Below, piece after piece: positions 52,700-64,000 of a DNA stretch of 64,000 nucleotides. The translations under genes were made by a program, and so were the position numbers. Every line of letters starts with the position of its first letter. Position 1 is the stretch's first letter. A model generated the notes under the pieces. The model was not told the origin of the DNA, ran no database searches, and saw only the letters and a list, made by a program, of their open reading frames with translations. The DNA comes from Chrysemys picta bellii (lineage: Eukaryota), in the NCBI RefSeq assembly GCF_011386835.1, contig NC_088798.1, positions 36,952,001-37,016,000 on the forward strand, given 5' to 3'.

Positions 52700-55600
52700 A
52701 AAAGAAGGAAAACGTGAGCTTAAGCAGCCAGGCCATCTGTTTTACTGTCACCTAAAGCATAAATGGTATTGGGAGACGAGGACTTCAGGATTTAGTTCGG
52801 CGCTAGTAGTAAAGAAAGCGCATTTTAGCACCCGGCTGCAGCTGAGTAAAGACTGTTGTGTGTTATTGTAACACGGTAACACACGACGGGACATTCAGGC
52901 TCAGCCGGTATCAGCACCTGTATCCAGCTGAATAGCACATACAACGTAGTTACTCTACAGATGTAAATCCTGAGCAGGACTGACCAGTGGGGAATGGCAG
53001 CCTATGCAAAGTGGTTATTTCCTGAAGCAAAATAGTTAATCCCCAAGATAAATCAGCCAATTGTGATTTAAGATTTTAATTTCCTCCCTCTCTTTCTAAA
53101 GCTATTCGCTTTTTGCCGTTACATATTCTTGTTAAAAAAAGAAAAGCTCGTAAACTGGCAAATACATCTGCACAGTTCTAGTGCTGCTCCTGTTGGGAAC
53201 TTATGTGTGAGTATGGAGAAAGGCTATTGATGTTGATTAATCATTCTAGATCAATCACTACTACAGGGTCCAGCATATTGCGCGGCTCAGTTAAATAGGG
53301 TTTGCTGTGATTTCCTTTAGATTTAGGTCTCCCGCCTAGGAATTTTCTGACATTCCCCCAAGAATCCCTTCTAATGAGCCCTTGTTGCAGGTTTTAGCCT
53401 GGCCACAGTGCCCGGGTGCGATGGACAATGGACTTCCCTCAGCACCGATCGCAGAAGTATCAAGATGGACAGAACACCTTTCTTTCCTTTCGGGTGTTCT
53501 CTCTGAAAAGGGGAGGCAGCTTTCTATTTAAAAAAAAAGCAAAGCTAGGCAGTGCCTACTGTGCTGTCGCCATAAAAGGCTCCTTCCAAAAGGTACCTGC
53601 CTCCGTTTCCCTACACTGGGCGACATGCATCAAACTCTCGGTTTAGTTCAGAGAAGGTGCTGTGAACAGCTCGAACGCTGCCGACTGGGCTAGAGGCACC
53701 ATGGCAAGAACAGAGACAGGGTAGCAAGAAAGTTGAGATCGCTGAAGCGTGTCGGCGGGACAAAATCTACTATCGCCTTTTGAGCTCAACAAAATTCAAA
53801 CTGTGTAATAACACCCTCTCCCCCCCCTCCCAAAACCCTGGAAGGAAAACATTGTTTTGCCTTCTTGCGTCTGCGTATTATTTCTTAATATTACATTGCC
53901 CCAAAGGGCTCTTGTTCTGGCTGTGGGCGGCGGTTGCAGAAGGCCACAGACCATACCAGCAGTTTGCAGTGTTAAAAAGGGGACCATGGGGATATACTTT
54001 GACTTGGAGGCGGATTTGCTAAAAAAAAAAAAAGTTTGCCCTGTTCTTGTCAGGAAAGAGTTCTGAGCGAAAGCTGGCAATTTAGGGTGGAGGTTCATTT
54101 GCTTAATTAAGGGAAAAGATGAAGTGAGGGAATGAGCAGAAATCAGAAAATACTCTGAGATGGGGAAATTTTAACTCAACAGCAAATCCCCCGTCCATCG
54201 CTGTCTAGCTGTACCTATATGAATGCTCCAGCAGGTGTAACGTCTTTGGGTAGCTGCCCTTTAGATTAACTCCTGTCACTTGAGTTCCCCAGGAATTCAT
54301 GCGACCTGTAGCGTTCTACTGGAGGCCAGTAGATCTCTTGGGAGTGTTTAGTTGCTCCTCTGCACCCCTTGCATTGAGCACAGCGAAGCGATTAGCATTG
54401 ACAGAAAAAAAGAAACTGGGGCTCTAGGGCACTCGCTGGGGTGCTAGTTCTGGCCCCATGTTGCTTCTTGCCAAGTCCAGGACTTGACAGCGTTTCCCAT
54501 GTCTCTGTCTTTAGCAGGCAAGGTGGGGTTTGTCTTCTCTTTGCCCAGCTACTGAGCTGAGTTTCCCTGAATCCGTAGAGGAGGATTAGGGCGAGAATCG
54601 TCCCCGGCGGAATGCAGGCAGATGGGTGCGCTGTGCGGTCCCAGACCCCGGGAGAGTCCAGCATAGGGGCAAGCTGGGTGAGCTCTATTGTGGGGTCTCT
54701 TTACACCAGGGGCCAATCCCACGGAGGAGTGAGCCCCCTCGACTGTCAGCATCAGGCCATATGAAGGAGAATAAAAAACCTGCTTCGGACCCATGTTTGA
54801 AATGTTACAATGCACTGGCAGCGTGGGCGGGCGGACTGTGTGTTCTGGGTACTGATGTCCTGCGAATTGAATTTGCACAGGCCAAATAGTGCCTAGGCTG
54901 CTTGCTTAGCCCGTGGCTAGTGCCAGACCCACACTGGGAATAAAGGTACCTACGTGTAACCGATCATCAGCAAACAACTGCTTGTGCCCGTCCTGGCGCA
55001 GCTTTGTCACGCTCTCCCTATGCCGGGTCCTGCACTGCACCAGGGATCGTGTTCGAAGGGAATCAGCGCAAGAGGGCTCCAGGGGTAGAGGACCAGGTAA
55101 GTTCCATCCTGCGTCCCCTGCGCACCCAAACCTCCCACGGAAACCAATGTAATCTCCAGTGGAAGCCAATGGGCAGGATGCCTGCGCAGGAGTCGCGGGA
55201 TAGGGCCCCCCTCTGAGCGCGTCTAACCGCGTTCAGCCCCGTTCCCAGCCCTCGACACCTGCCCGCCATCATCAGGAGACCAGCCAGGCAGCTCCCTACA
55301 GACCCCTTGGCAACAATGCAGCTCAAGCAACGGATTACAAAGCCGATCTCAGGCGATTCCCCTTTTCTCCCCCGGGTTTAGGTCGCGGCAGGTTTTCTCT
55401 CCTCTCTGCCTATTCCAGAGCCATCGCCTGACGCTCTACTAAGTGCCCAAACCAGAAAGGTCTCTCAGTATTTCACAGCATTGATGGGGAGGGGGTGGGG
55501 GACACATGAGGACAAAGGTCATAGTCACATCCCCCCCCCCCCCCACCGGCTCGGCACTGTCCCAGCCGGACACGGTTTTGGCTCGGCAGCCCCTCCCGCG

Positions 55601-55829
55601 CACACGCTTTGGGGAAAGAGAAGCCGTGGGGAACTAGCCTAGGATGCAGAAGACTAGACTCATCACCAGAGTCTCCTACCCCTGCCGTGTACATAGCAAC
55701 CCCTGGGATCACCTAATCACAGACATAGAGAGAGACATAGCAAAGTGCAGGAAAAGATCAAAAAGGGGCTACCTTGGCAACTATAGTAGATTAGGAGCCA
55801 GCTGCTGGGCTGGGGGCGGCCGCTGCCTG
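52700..55829. promoter_or_regulatory. CpG-enriched region / CpG island running into assembly gap 1
   Basis: CpG frequency is visibly much higher than in 1-51 kb and peaks at 54.5-55.8 kb (not computed). Confidence 0.65.
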
Positions 55830-55982
55830 NNNNNNNNNNNNNNNNNNNNNNNNNNNNNNNNNNNNNNNNNNNNNNNNNNNNNNNNNNNNNNNNNNNNNNN
55901 NNNNNNNNNNNNNNNNNNNNNNNNNNNNNNNNNNNNNNNNNNNNNNNNNNNNNNNNNNNNNNNNNNNNNNNNNNNNNNNNNN
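55830..55982. other. Assembly gap (153 N)
   Basis: Run of N. Confidence 1.
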
Positions 55983-56007
55983 CAATAAATCCATAACTAT
56001 ATTTCCC
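55983..56007 (-). CDS. Possible start of a minus-strand exon continuing into gap 1 (GKYSYGFI.. or xGNIVMDLL..)
   Basis: Strong minus-strand acceptor ttctccttctccttcctctgtag|GGGAAATAT at 56008/56007. Two frames are open up to the gap. Product not recognised. Confidence 0.3.
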
Positions 56008-58099
56008 CTACAGAGGAAGGAGAAGGAGAATCCACAGAGTTGCCGAGTGATCCCGTCCCATTATCCAATGGCTGCTGTACTTCCAGTTCTGTAAAGGCAA
56101 AAGGTAGAAGCGAGCATTTAATACACACGCCTGCATTCCCTCTGCGGTACTGCTGCCTTATTGGGGCAGACAGACTCTGGTAGACAAGGTGAGAAGGAAT
56201 TAAATAAATAAAAGTAAGGTTGAATTTACCTGGTGATTTCCTGATTTCTTCCTCTGTGCTTGCCTGGCATCCTATTCCCATCTGTGTGCTCCATCAGTTC
56301 TCTCTGGGTGCTTGGAATAGATGTCATTCACAGCAACAGATCCCTGTGAAGGAGATGCACAGTTCAGCAAACAAATATTACAAATCTGTTTGCTTAGGTG
56401 GCTTTGGGGGGAACTCAGATAAAGAAGCAGCTGCCTGAGAGAATTTCATCTGTGCATTTGGAAATTCATCTTACAAGTCCTGACTTACACTCCCCCACTG
56501 CATCATCCAATAAATAAATAAACAAACAAACAAACTAGCTAACTAAATAAAAGCATTAGAGCTCGCTACGATTAGGCACTTCCTTTCAGGCCTGTCTGAT
56601 GAGCTAACATCTAAGGCGAAAAATACTTCGCAGTATGAAATCATTAAACTTCCTTTCACCCATGTGCCTGGAAAGAGGAGAATATCTGGCACCCATTGAA
56701 TCGACAAGCTGGTTCCGTTTGAATGGGTTAGGCATCATTTTGTAGTATCCTAATGTGTGGTAACACAGTCGCCGTTCTAATATACACTTTACTTGCACTA
56801 CTGTGCAACTGGCGAGAACACCTCCATAGTGAGACCTTATCACCTCTACATTCCTGCAAACATTTTCAAAGGAGAATCGCAAAAAAGTTATTCCCAAATT
56901 GTGCCTGAGATTTTGACGGTCAGAGACAGTCGTTCTGTTAATGTTCTCTTATCAACATGACTCTTACCAGGAGGTGGGGGTGGGGGCTTTGTTTCATGAT
57001 CCTGCTGCGGATACTGTGATAATAAAGGTTTATTGTTCACCTACTAAATAGAAAGGATATCTGAAACGTCATTGCACAATATACTTTGCATTTCAATTAG
57101 GATGTTCCCGATTTTGTTTCACCCAAGCTGTTAATATTAAGAACAGCGTCCTTCTAGAAAAGGTGGGGGCTCTGAAACATGGCAATACAGTTAAATTCTG
57201 CAAATTGTGTGGGTACTATACACTTCTTCAGTCATGAGTAATTATGCAGCATGCATGGCTCTTACTATCCCGTGTGTTCTGTAACTGACCAGCTTGTTGA
57301 TCCGATTGCAAATGAAATTAATATAAAATGTTTCCAATTATTCCAGATTCCTTCTTTAACATTACTTCTTGGCTTTCCTGACAGATGCTTCCTACAAACA
57401 CATGCAAGAGGCTAGCATTTTTTGTGTATTGTTACACAGACCGTTTCCTGAATGAATGAATAAATAAATAAATAATAAAAATGAACATGACTTTGGTAGC
57501 TACATGAAAACACAATTTCCATTCACTCGTTTATATTTTAATCTCATTTCGGTGGACTTTCTAATATACCTTGAACACAGGAGGCTCTGAGGTTGCATTT
57601 TAAATGGCAGATAGAAAATAAATAATAAACAAATGATCATTTTCCCTACTGTAACATTTAAAGCTACCTGACAGATTGTTCTGGCATTCGAGCTAAAATA
57701 ACTGATGTAGCGGGTTTCCTTCAACTTGAACAAAAGCCGTTTGAGAAAGTCAAATGCACCGGTTCATGAAGAAAACATTTCATAGAGTTAAAGCTGGACC
57801 AATACTCTTTGAAATTCGAATAAAGACACAACTCCACAATAAAGACCCTCGAATAAAGACCCTCGCCTCCACAAATGCATCAATAAATAGACAGACGTCC
57901 AAACTTTTTTCGAATATAATTCTTGCACAAGAGAAGACCTGTACAATGGGAATAATGTTATAGTTTCCCTTATGAGATTGCCCCCCTCTCTTTCCTATGC
58001 CTTAGCACCCCTCTCCACGAATAAAGATCTCTCCTAAACTTGATCATGCAGCCCCCCGGTTTAACACTCCAGAGCAGTGATTGCCTTGTTCTGCGCCCC

Positions 58100-58365
58100 C
58101 TCCCTCCCATACAGCACCTACCAAAATGGTTGAACGCATTCAGCACCCGGAGCCGGTGGACAGTTCACTCCTTGGAGGCTCCCGGCAGCGCCAGCAACGC
58201 AAGTGAAAGCTCTGAGCACTAAGCAAAGCTTGTGGCTGCTTCACTGGGGCAGCCTGACTTACGAGAACACCATTTCCTACGAGACCACTGCCTCTGGGTG
58301 CATATTCAATTCAAACCTCCTTAAACTGTCGGATCTCCCCCACCCCACCCGTACCCCCCCAAGCC

Positions 58366-58412
<47 letters not shown>

Positions 58413-59350
58413 AACACACCAGGAATAAAAATCCCCTGCCATCACTGGCGTTTTGCTGATCAACTCACACCTTTGCCTCTGCAGATTGTGGATGCCCTTA
58501 GCGAAGCTCGCGTCGCTATTAAGTACCTTTGTTCCTGGATTCTTGAAAGCCATGTTTATTCGAACCTCCCTCCCTGCTTCCCCGCTGTAATAACGGGAGG
58601 TGTCGGAGCCCCCCAGCCAATGCCCCCTTGAAATATACCAGGAAGGCACCGCTTCAAATATCATTGCGATGACTGGGGGGGAGAGGGCGGAATGAGGGAT
58701 TTAACAATTAGGCAATCGGGAATAGAGGTTTAAGCCGAGCTAGAGAGCTGCCCCGTTTTGCCAAACAGAGCGAAATTCAGGGGAGGGGGGATATCAATCA
58801 ATGGGGAGACGCGATGCCTCTCTGTGTGGAATATTATTGTGAATTAGGGGGTCCTCAGGCAGCGGGGAGGGGGAGAAAGGAAAGGTTTCTCCTGGTTAAA
58901 AATGCTGCCTCCGTTAAAAATCTCTGAAATTTCGCTCCTCGCCACATACCCAAGTAACTGCCACAAATCCACCTCTATTGAGATGCGCTTACCCTTTAAA
59001 TCCAGGTTTCAAGCAGAACTCCAACTGTGTGTAAAACCAGGGAGTCATCTGATATGTGTCGGGGAATAGGCTCTGGGCAGCAGAACGCGGCTTTCTCTCC
59101 TGGTGCCGGATTACTGTGCCCTGGGAACGAAGCCCGGCGCCTCTGGCTGGCCGTGCCCAGTTGCCTTCACACATCGGCGGCTGCTGGTGCTTTCCGGGTC
59201 CCCGGCGATCGCCTTTCAGATGATGTGGGCTTCCAGAAAAGGAGTCGGAGGGAGAGGAGGAAAAAAATCGCCTAATGCAATCAAATCGATCTGATCTACA
59301 CCATCTGTCGCCTGCCACTACATACAAACGTTAAAATAGGAAAACGGGAG
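58100..59350. promoter_or_regulatory. CpG-enriched region
   Basis: Dense CpG and GC-rich sequence leading to gap 2. Confidence 0.55.
58369..58410. repeat. (AC)21 microsatellite
   Basis: Perfect dinucleotide run. Confidence 0.98.
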
Positions 59351-59418
59351 ACACTGACAGCTCAAGAAGGTTGGTCTGCAGAGTTCATTTTTAGCAGAGC
59401 ATAATTGGTTATGGACAG

Positions 59419-59662
59419 NNNNNNNNNNNNNNNNNNNNNNNNNNNNNNNNNNNNNNNNNNNNNNNNNNNNNNNNNNNNNNNNNNNNNNNNNNNNNNNNNN
59501 NNNNNNNNNNNNNNNNNNNNNNNNNNNNNNNNNNNNNNNNNNNNNNNNNNNNNNNNNNNNNNNNNNNNNNNNNNNNNNNNNNNNNNNNNNNNNNNNNNNN
59601 NNNNNNNNNNNNNNNNNNNNNNNNNNNNNNNNNNNNNNNNNNNNNNNNNNNNNNNNNNNNNN
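59419..59662. other. Assembly gap (244 N)
   Basis: Run of N. Confidence 1.
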
Positions 59663-62600
59663 GGGATGGGGGAAATGAAATTTTCTTGACCAGGGTTAGT
59701 AATTCCCATCGCTTGCATTTAAAGAAAAGTAAAACACAGCCTGTAAATCTAAAAGGCTTTAACATGTTTGTCTCCGGATTCTCATCTAGAAAAGTAGAAC
59801 ACTCCTGTTCAACTGGGGGATAAAAAAAATCTATTACTTCTTCTTACCGTGATCAAAGTACATCCATAGCAAGTATCTAAAAATGCAGCGATGCTAATTT
59901 CATCAGGATTGACGCAAGGTCGTTTTAATGCCAGGAACCTTTTGACTTTTTCCTATGGGAAAGGCTTTTGGGCAAGACATTTCCGATCCTTGAAATTTGA
60001 CATAATCTTAGTTAAATATGATTTTTGAGGGAGGGCGGAGAGATGGTGTGTGTGAATGTGTTCAGATCTGCAGACACTCTTGCTGCCAAAACTCCGATTT
60101 GCTTGCAGTTTCTCGTCTTTCCCGACGTTTTTTTAAATATATAGATAGAGCGAGCTGAAGAGAATATACACCCCACCGTTATTTTCTATTCTTGTCTCTA
60201 ATAAATACATCACTAACAATAAAAAATGTCCCCACTGACCAGAAAAAACAGATTTTTTTATTATTTTAAACAAAGCAAATACAGTCTGGCATGCATTTCT
60301 CTGAGGAAGAATTTAGAGGGGGAAATAAAAAATAATGCAAATAAGATGATTGCTGTCCACATGCTTAGTGCTGAAATGGCCACATGTGCCCAGACTTATT
60401 AGCACTGAATACGGCACTTAGTGATTTTATCCTCATTGTATAGAGTCTACACGTTTCTCCTGTCATCGCTGCAACATCAGGAAGCTCCTGTTCATTTCCA
60501 CCTTTACCATACAATCAGCAGATAATAAATAAATATGTAAATAAATAATCATCCGAATGTCTGAATGTAAATGTTCCAGTAAACAATTAGTGTTTAGGGT
60601 AATTCTGGAGTTAACTGCATGTGTCTTCTGGAAGTTTGTGTTAATCTCTTTAGAATAAACCTAACAGTTATGAATTAGATTAGCCTTGAAAATGTAGCCT
60701 AAAGACAAATCAAACAATTTACCCGATCTTTTGTTTCAGTATACGTTAATTAAGCACTACTGCCTAGCTACACAGCATTCTTGGGTCAGAGCCACAGATC
60801 CGAGCCTAAAATGCCTTTATTATCATTTGCGTCCAACTATTGCCCTCTGCAGGTCATGCTCCAAGTCCTAGACAAAGCTATTGCACATCAGAAAGAAACG
60901 TATGGCAATCACGTTATTTTAGACGTTGTCCCCATATTTAAAGAGTCAACTTTTTCGCATTACATTTGTTTCCATTTGGACTTTTATAGCTTGTAAATCA
61001 GGAAACCCATGTTTTAGAAGCAGGTGCTCTTTGTGGATTGCGTTAGATGAGAGATTTGTTAATATATAGCATCTCTGTGCCTTCAATGTTATGCCCTCCT
61101 TTCACTTCTGGCCAAGGAACCAGAAAGAGCCAAGGTGCCAGTTTTGAACCTTGTTTTATTAGTATAGGACAAGAAAGCTCCCTGGGCAAATTCCCACTGG
61201 GTATCTCAGGAAAAGGTATATCTTCTCTGGGTGTCTCAGGAAAAGGTGGACATTACACACAAACAGTGGGAGATTCCTCCTCGCGCCAAGGAGCTCTTCC
61301 GACTTTCCGAGTGTACCTGGGAACTTTCTCCCTATTAAAACTAACGTTTGTCAGACTCACTCCCAGAGAATTCGCTTGGCAAACGAGGCAAGTCACTAAA
61401 TTAGCCATTCTGTCTTTAGACTGGACAGCTTAGAACTGCCTATGGAGAAAAAACAGAGCTCGCCTCCCAGCCACCCAAAGAAGAATGTTCATTGCCTCTT
61501 GATAAGAGATCATTTCATATTTCTGTAGGGAAATTTCAGTAAATTTTGATTCTCTGTCAGGTATGATTTCCGCAGTGACGGTTCGCTGTACTTCAGACCT
61601 GTATTCCCCATCACAACAGAACACTCAATCAATAGCATGCAAAGTACCTTGCCAGAGTCATAGGAAATGCTAAAGCAGTCTAATTATTAATTGCGAGGCT
61701 AAAGATAATTTAATAGCATCTCTTCTCTATAAAGATCAGTGATACGATAACAAGCCTTTCCCCGCTTTGTTGTCACGTTTGAACCAATGCCTATAATAAA
61801 ATTCTGAAATAACAAATAAAAATATTGACACTCAGTGTGAATTTTTTTTAAAGAAAGTACCACTGCCCCCATAAACTGACTGACAACATTCAGTGAGAAG
61901 CAGAGCATAATGATGTCACCACAGCGCAGCAGGCCACTTGCCGGAAAGAGTCCAACTGTGCCCCTCAACCCTAAAGCAAATTGCATCTTATCTTTTATAT
62001 TCCGATCTCTTTAGAAGCATCAACTTATATGTCACAAAGGAGCTGGGAAATTATGCTATGACTACAATAATATAATCGTGGCCAATTCGCAGATCGTCCA
62101 GGGGAAGAATTCCCCCATGTTAGGGAGTTTTTAATGTTACCTTGCCTCTTGTTTTGGATAAATCTTTATTTACCTTACACAGGAAGGAAGATGTCTCCTA
62201 TGGCTTTCTATCTTAAGTATTGGAAAGATGCATTGCTACTGGGCGGACCGCTCTTCCTCTGACTTTAATTAAATGCAAATATTATTCCCGGCTTTCCCGC
62301 CATACAATCCGCGCTCTCTGATGTAAAGATCTGGTGAAGCTAGTTCCTATGTTCGCACAGGCAATCTTCCCTAGCCTCCTAGCAATTTAAGTCTAATGAA
62401 CTCCAAGAAAATGCTCGCACATGCTGCTTCCTTCTTATTTGGTATTTTTACAAGGAGAGCAGAATATGTAAGGGGAATAAAATGCTGCCTTGTTAGGAAC
62501 TTTTACAGTCACCAAGTTAAACAGTCCTTTGGCCTGCGGAGAAGTACATTGCAGTTTTGCCTCCATGTCCATTTGGTAACGTTTAACATTCAAAACGGAT

Positions 62601-63707
62601 CATTTTGTTTAATGAACTTTCTGCCCTTACGGGTGTTTTTCTGTGTGCGCGCGCTTTAATCACCAGCTTTTCAGCTCAGAGTTCTATTTTCAAACGCAAG
62701 GGAAAGAAGCTGCTTTATAAAAATGCACCATCTCCACAGATGTTTCAGACAAACCGGCGGAGAGACGCTCATTAAAGCGCTATAAATGCCTTCGTTTGTG
62801 CTGCTGTGAGAAGTTGTGTGGCACAATACCAGCTAATGATCTTAAAACGGGGAGCGCTTCTTGAGAGGGGCTATCGCCCTAGTGCATCTCCCTAGGAAGG
62901 CCACTTGTTCCGAGATGCAAACTGTGCACGGCCCATTAGCCCAGCGCGTCCCCAGAGGGGGGAAAGACCACCAAGCTCTGTGATCCCCCCTCTCCTCCAA
63001 GTACCCTTCAGATCCAGGACTGAGAGACAGATCAGAGTGATGGAGGGTGCAGGAACTGGCTCATTGAGATGCAGCTCACGGAGCAGATAAAGGGCAATGC
63101 TTAAGACCGATCATATATTCCATTGGAACAAGCCGTCCGGGCGGCGCTAAGGGGCCCCTGCATCTCCCAGTGGAGGGGAAATGTACGCCTGGAACGTTGC
63201 GTGGGTAACATCGAGTTCTGCTGGCGGCAGCAGCAGCAAAGTGCAAGTCGAGGATCAGCGCTGCCTAGCTGTGCCCCACCATTGTGTGGCTGCAGCTGCA
63301 GCTCCAGAGACGCGCCTACGCCTGTGCGCCTCCCCCCCCCCCGCACACGTCCTTCTGTTCCTTGCACACACACCTCAGCGGGGCGCGCTTTGTAAAGGGC
63401 CCTCCCATGCGGAGGACTCTGCCTTAGGGGCACCTGCCATGACCAGGCTGCCAACCTGGGGGCCGAGCAGGGATTATTAGCAGGACGCCAGAGCAAAGCT
63501 TTGGTAAGGAGGAGGGAAAGTGGCAGCGGCACGCGCGGGGCAGCCTGCCCTGCAGAGCTGAGTCCTGCGAGTGCGGCTCCGATCACGGCTGGCAATGACG
63601 CCTGCTCATTGTCGATCGTTAGCGCTTACATTTGGCCTTCCTCCCTTCCCCTCCCCCCAACCCCAGCCTGGTCGGAGCCAAAGCCGGAATGCTTTAGGCA
63701 GAGCGAA

Positions 63708-63726
63708 GGAGCCCCCTGCTGGCCGG
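63708..63726 (-). promoter_or_regulatory. CTCF-like motif
   Basis: The minus strand reads CCGGCCAGCAGGGGGCTCC, 13/14 to the core CCAGCAGGGGGCGC. Confidence 0.45.
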
Positions 63727-63796
63727 ACTGGAGGAAGCGCAGAGACGAACCTTCCAATGCCGAACAGGTTGGCGGGACTCGGGGCTCCCCTCTCTC

Positions 63797-63820
63797 GTGT
63801 GTGTGTGTATGTGTGTGTGT
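63797..63820. repeat. Interrupted (GT)n microsatellite
   Basis: gtgtgtgtgtgt-at-gtgtgtgtgt. Confidence 0.95.
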
Positions 63821-64000
63821 ATAGACCCGAAAACAGTCTTTCCCCTCCGCTTTGTGCGGAGCTGGGCTGGGCGACTCTGCTCTGGCGGTCGAATCAATGG
63901 CCCACCGCCACTAGCATGATGCTCCTGTTTCTGGAAGCTCTAATCATTGCAATGGGGAAAGTTTACCGCGCTGACTGGGATACATTTCATACTCACTGCC

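Larger units (their letters stand above)
62700..64000. promoter_or_regulatory. CpG island extending to the window end
   Basis: Very GC- and CpG-rich (e.g. gcacgcgcggggc, gcggggcgcgc). Confidence 0.75.

Noticed and set aside
55791-55994. MDLL...QAAAAPSPAAGS as a defined protein
   Set aside because: The join depends on the gap being exactly 153 nt, and most residues are X.
58989-59327. 112-aa minus ORF ending at a GTAAGC donor
   Set aside because: GC-rich open frame with no recognisable homology. Such ORFs are common in CpG islands.
63101-63824. Overlapping 90-164 aa ORFs in the terminal CpG island
   Set aside because: They are open on both strands because stop codons are scarce in GC-rich DNA, and no domain is recognisable.
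1-64000. CRISPR array or prokaryotic operon/defence system
   Set aside because: No regularly spaced repeat-spacer array and no dense ORF packing. The repeats are vertebrate TEs, local duplications or microsatellites.
1-64000. Most 60-130 aa entries in the six-frame ORF track
   Set aside because: They have the lengths expected by chance, lack recognisable motifs, and many overlap SINEs, MITEs or low-complexity DNA.
63916-64000. Plus-strand ATG (MMLLFLEALIIAMGKVY...) as a gene start
   Set aside because: Not recognised and truncated by the window edge. The same bases are equally explained as intron behind a minus-strand GTGAGT donor.

Overview
This is eukaryotic genomic DNA, most likely from a turtle draft assembly. 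That assignment is inferred from recognisable CR1, CORE/MIR-like SINE, hAT and Harbinger-like MITE, Penelope-like and palindromic repeat families, and was not checked by a database search. The window has three parts. (1) At 2.1-3.3 kb, two phase-compatible + strand exons appear to end an unidentified protein-coding gene. (2) About 48 kb of AT-rich, CpG-poor intergenic DNA follows, dense in transposon remnants. These include a young 5'-truncated CR1 LINE (10.8-12.45 kb) with one frameshift just before its FADD motif, a near full-length 5S-derived AmnSINE1, an old L2 RT remnant, several hAT MITEs with 8-bp TSDs, and two unexplained local duplications. (3) From about 51.5 kb to the end lies a CpG-rich domain with no transposon I could recognise. 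It has two N gaps, promoter-like motifs and splice signals, and resembles a developmental-regulator locus whose exons may lie in the gaps or beyond the window. I found no CRISPR array, tRNA or rRNA gene, or prokaryotic system, and no convincing evidence of a novel biological system. The best leads are the 85-bp near-identical duplication at 36.4/38.5 kb and the gap-hidden gene model at 55.8-64 kb.
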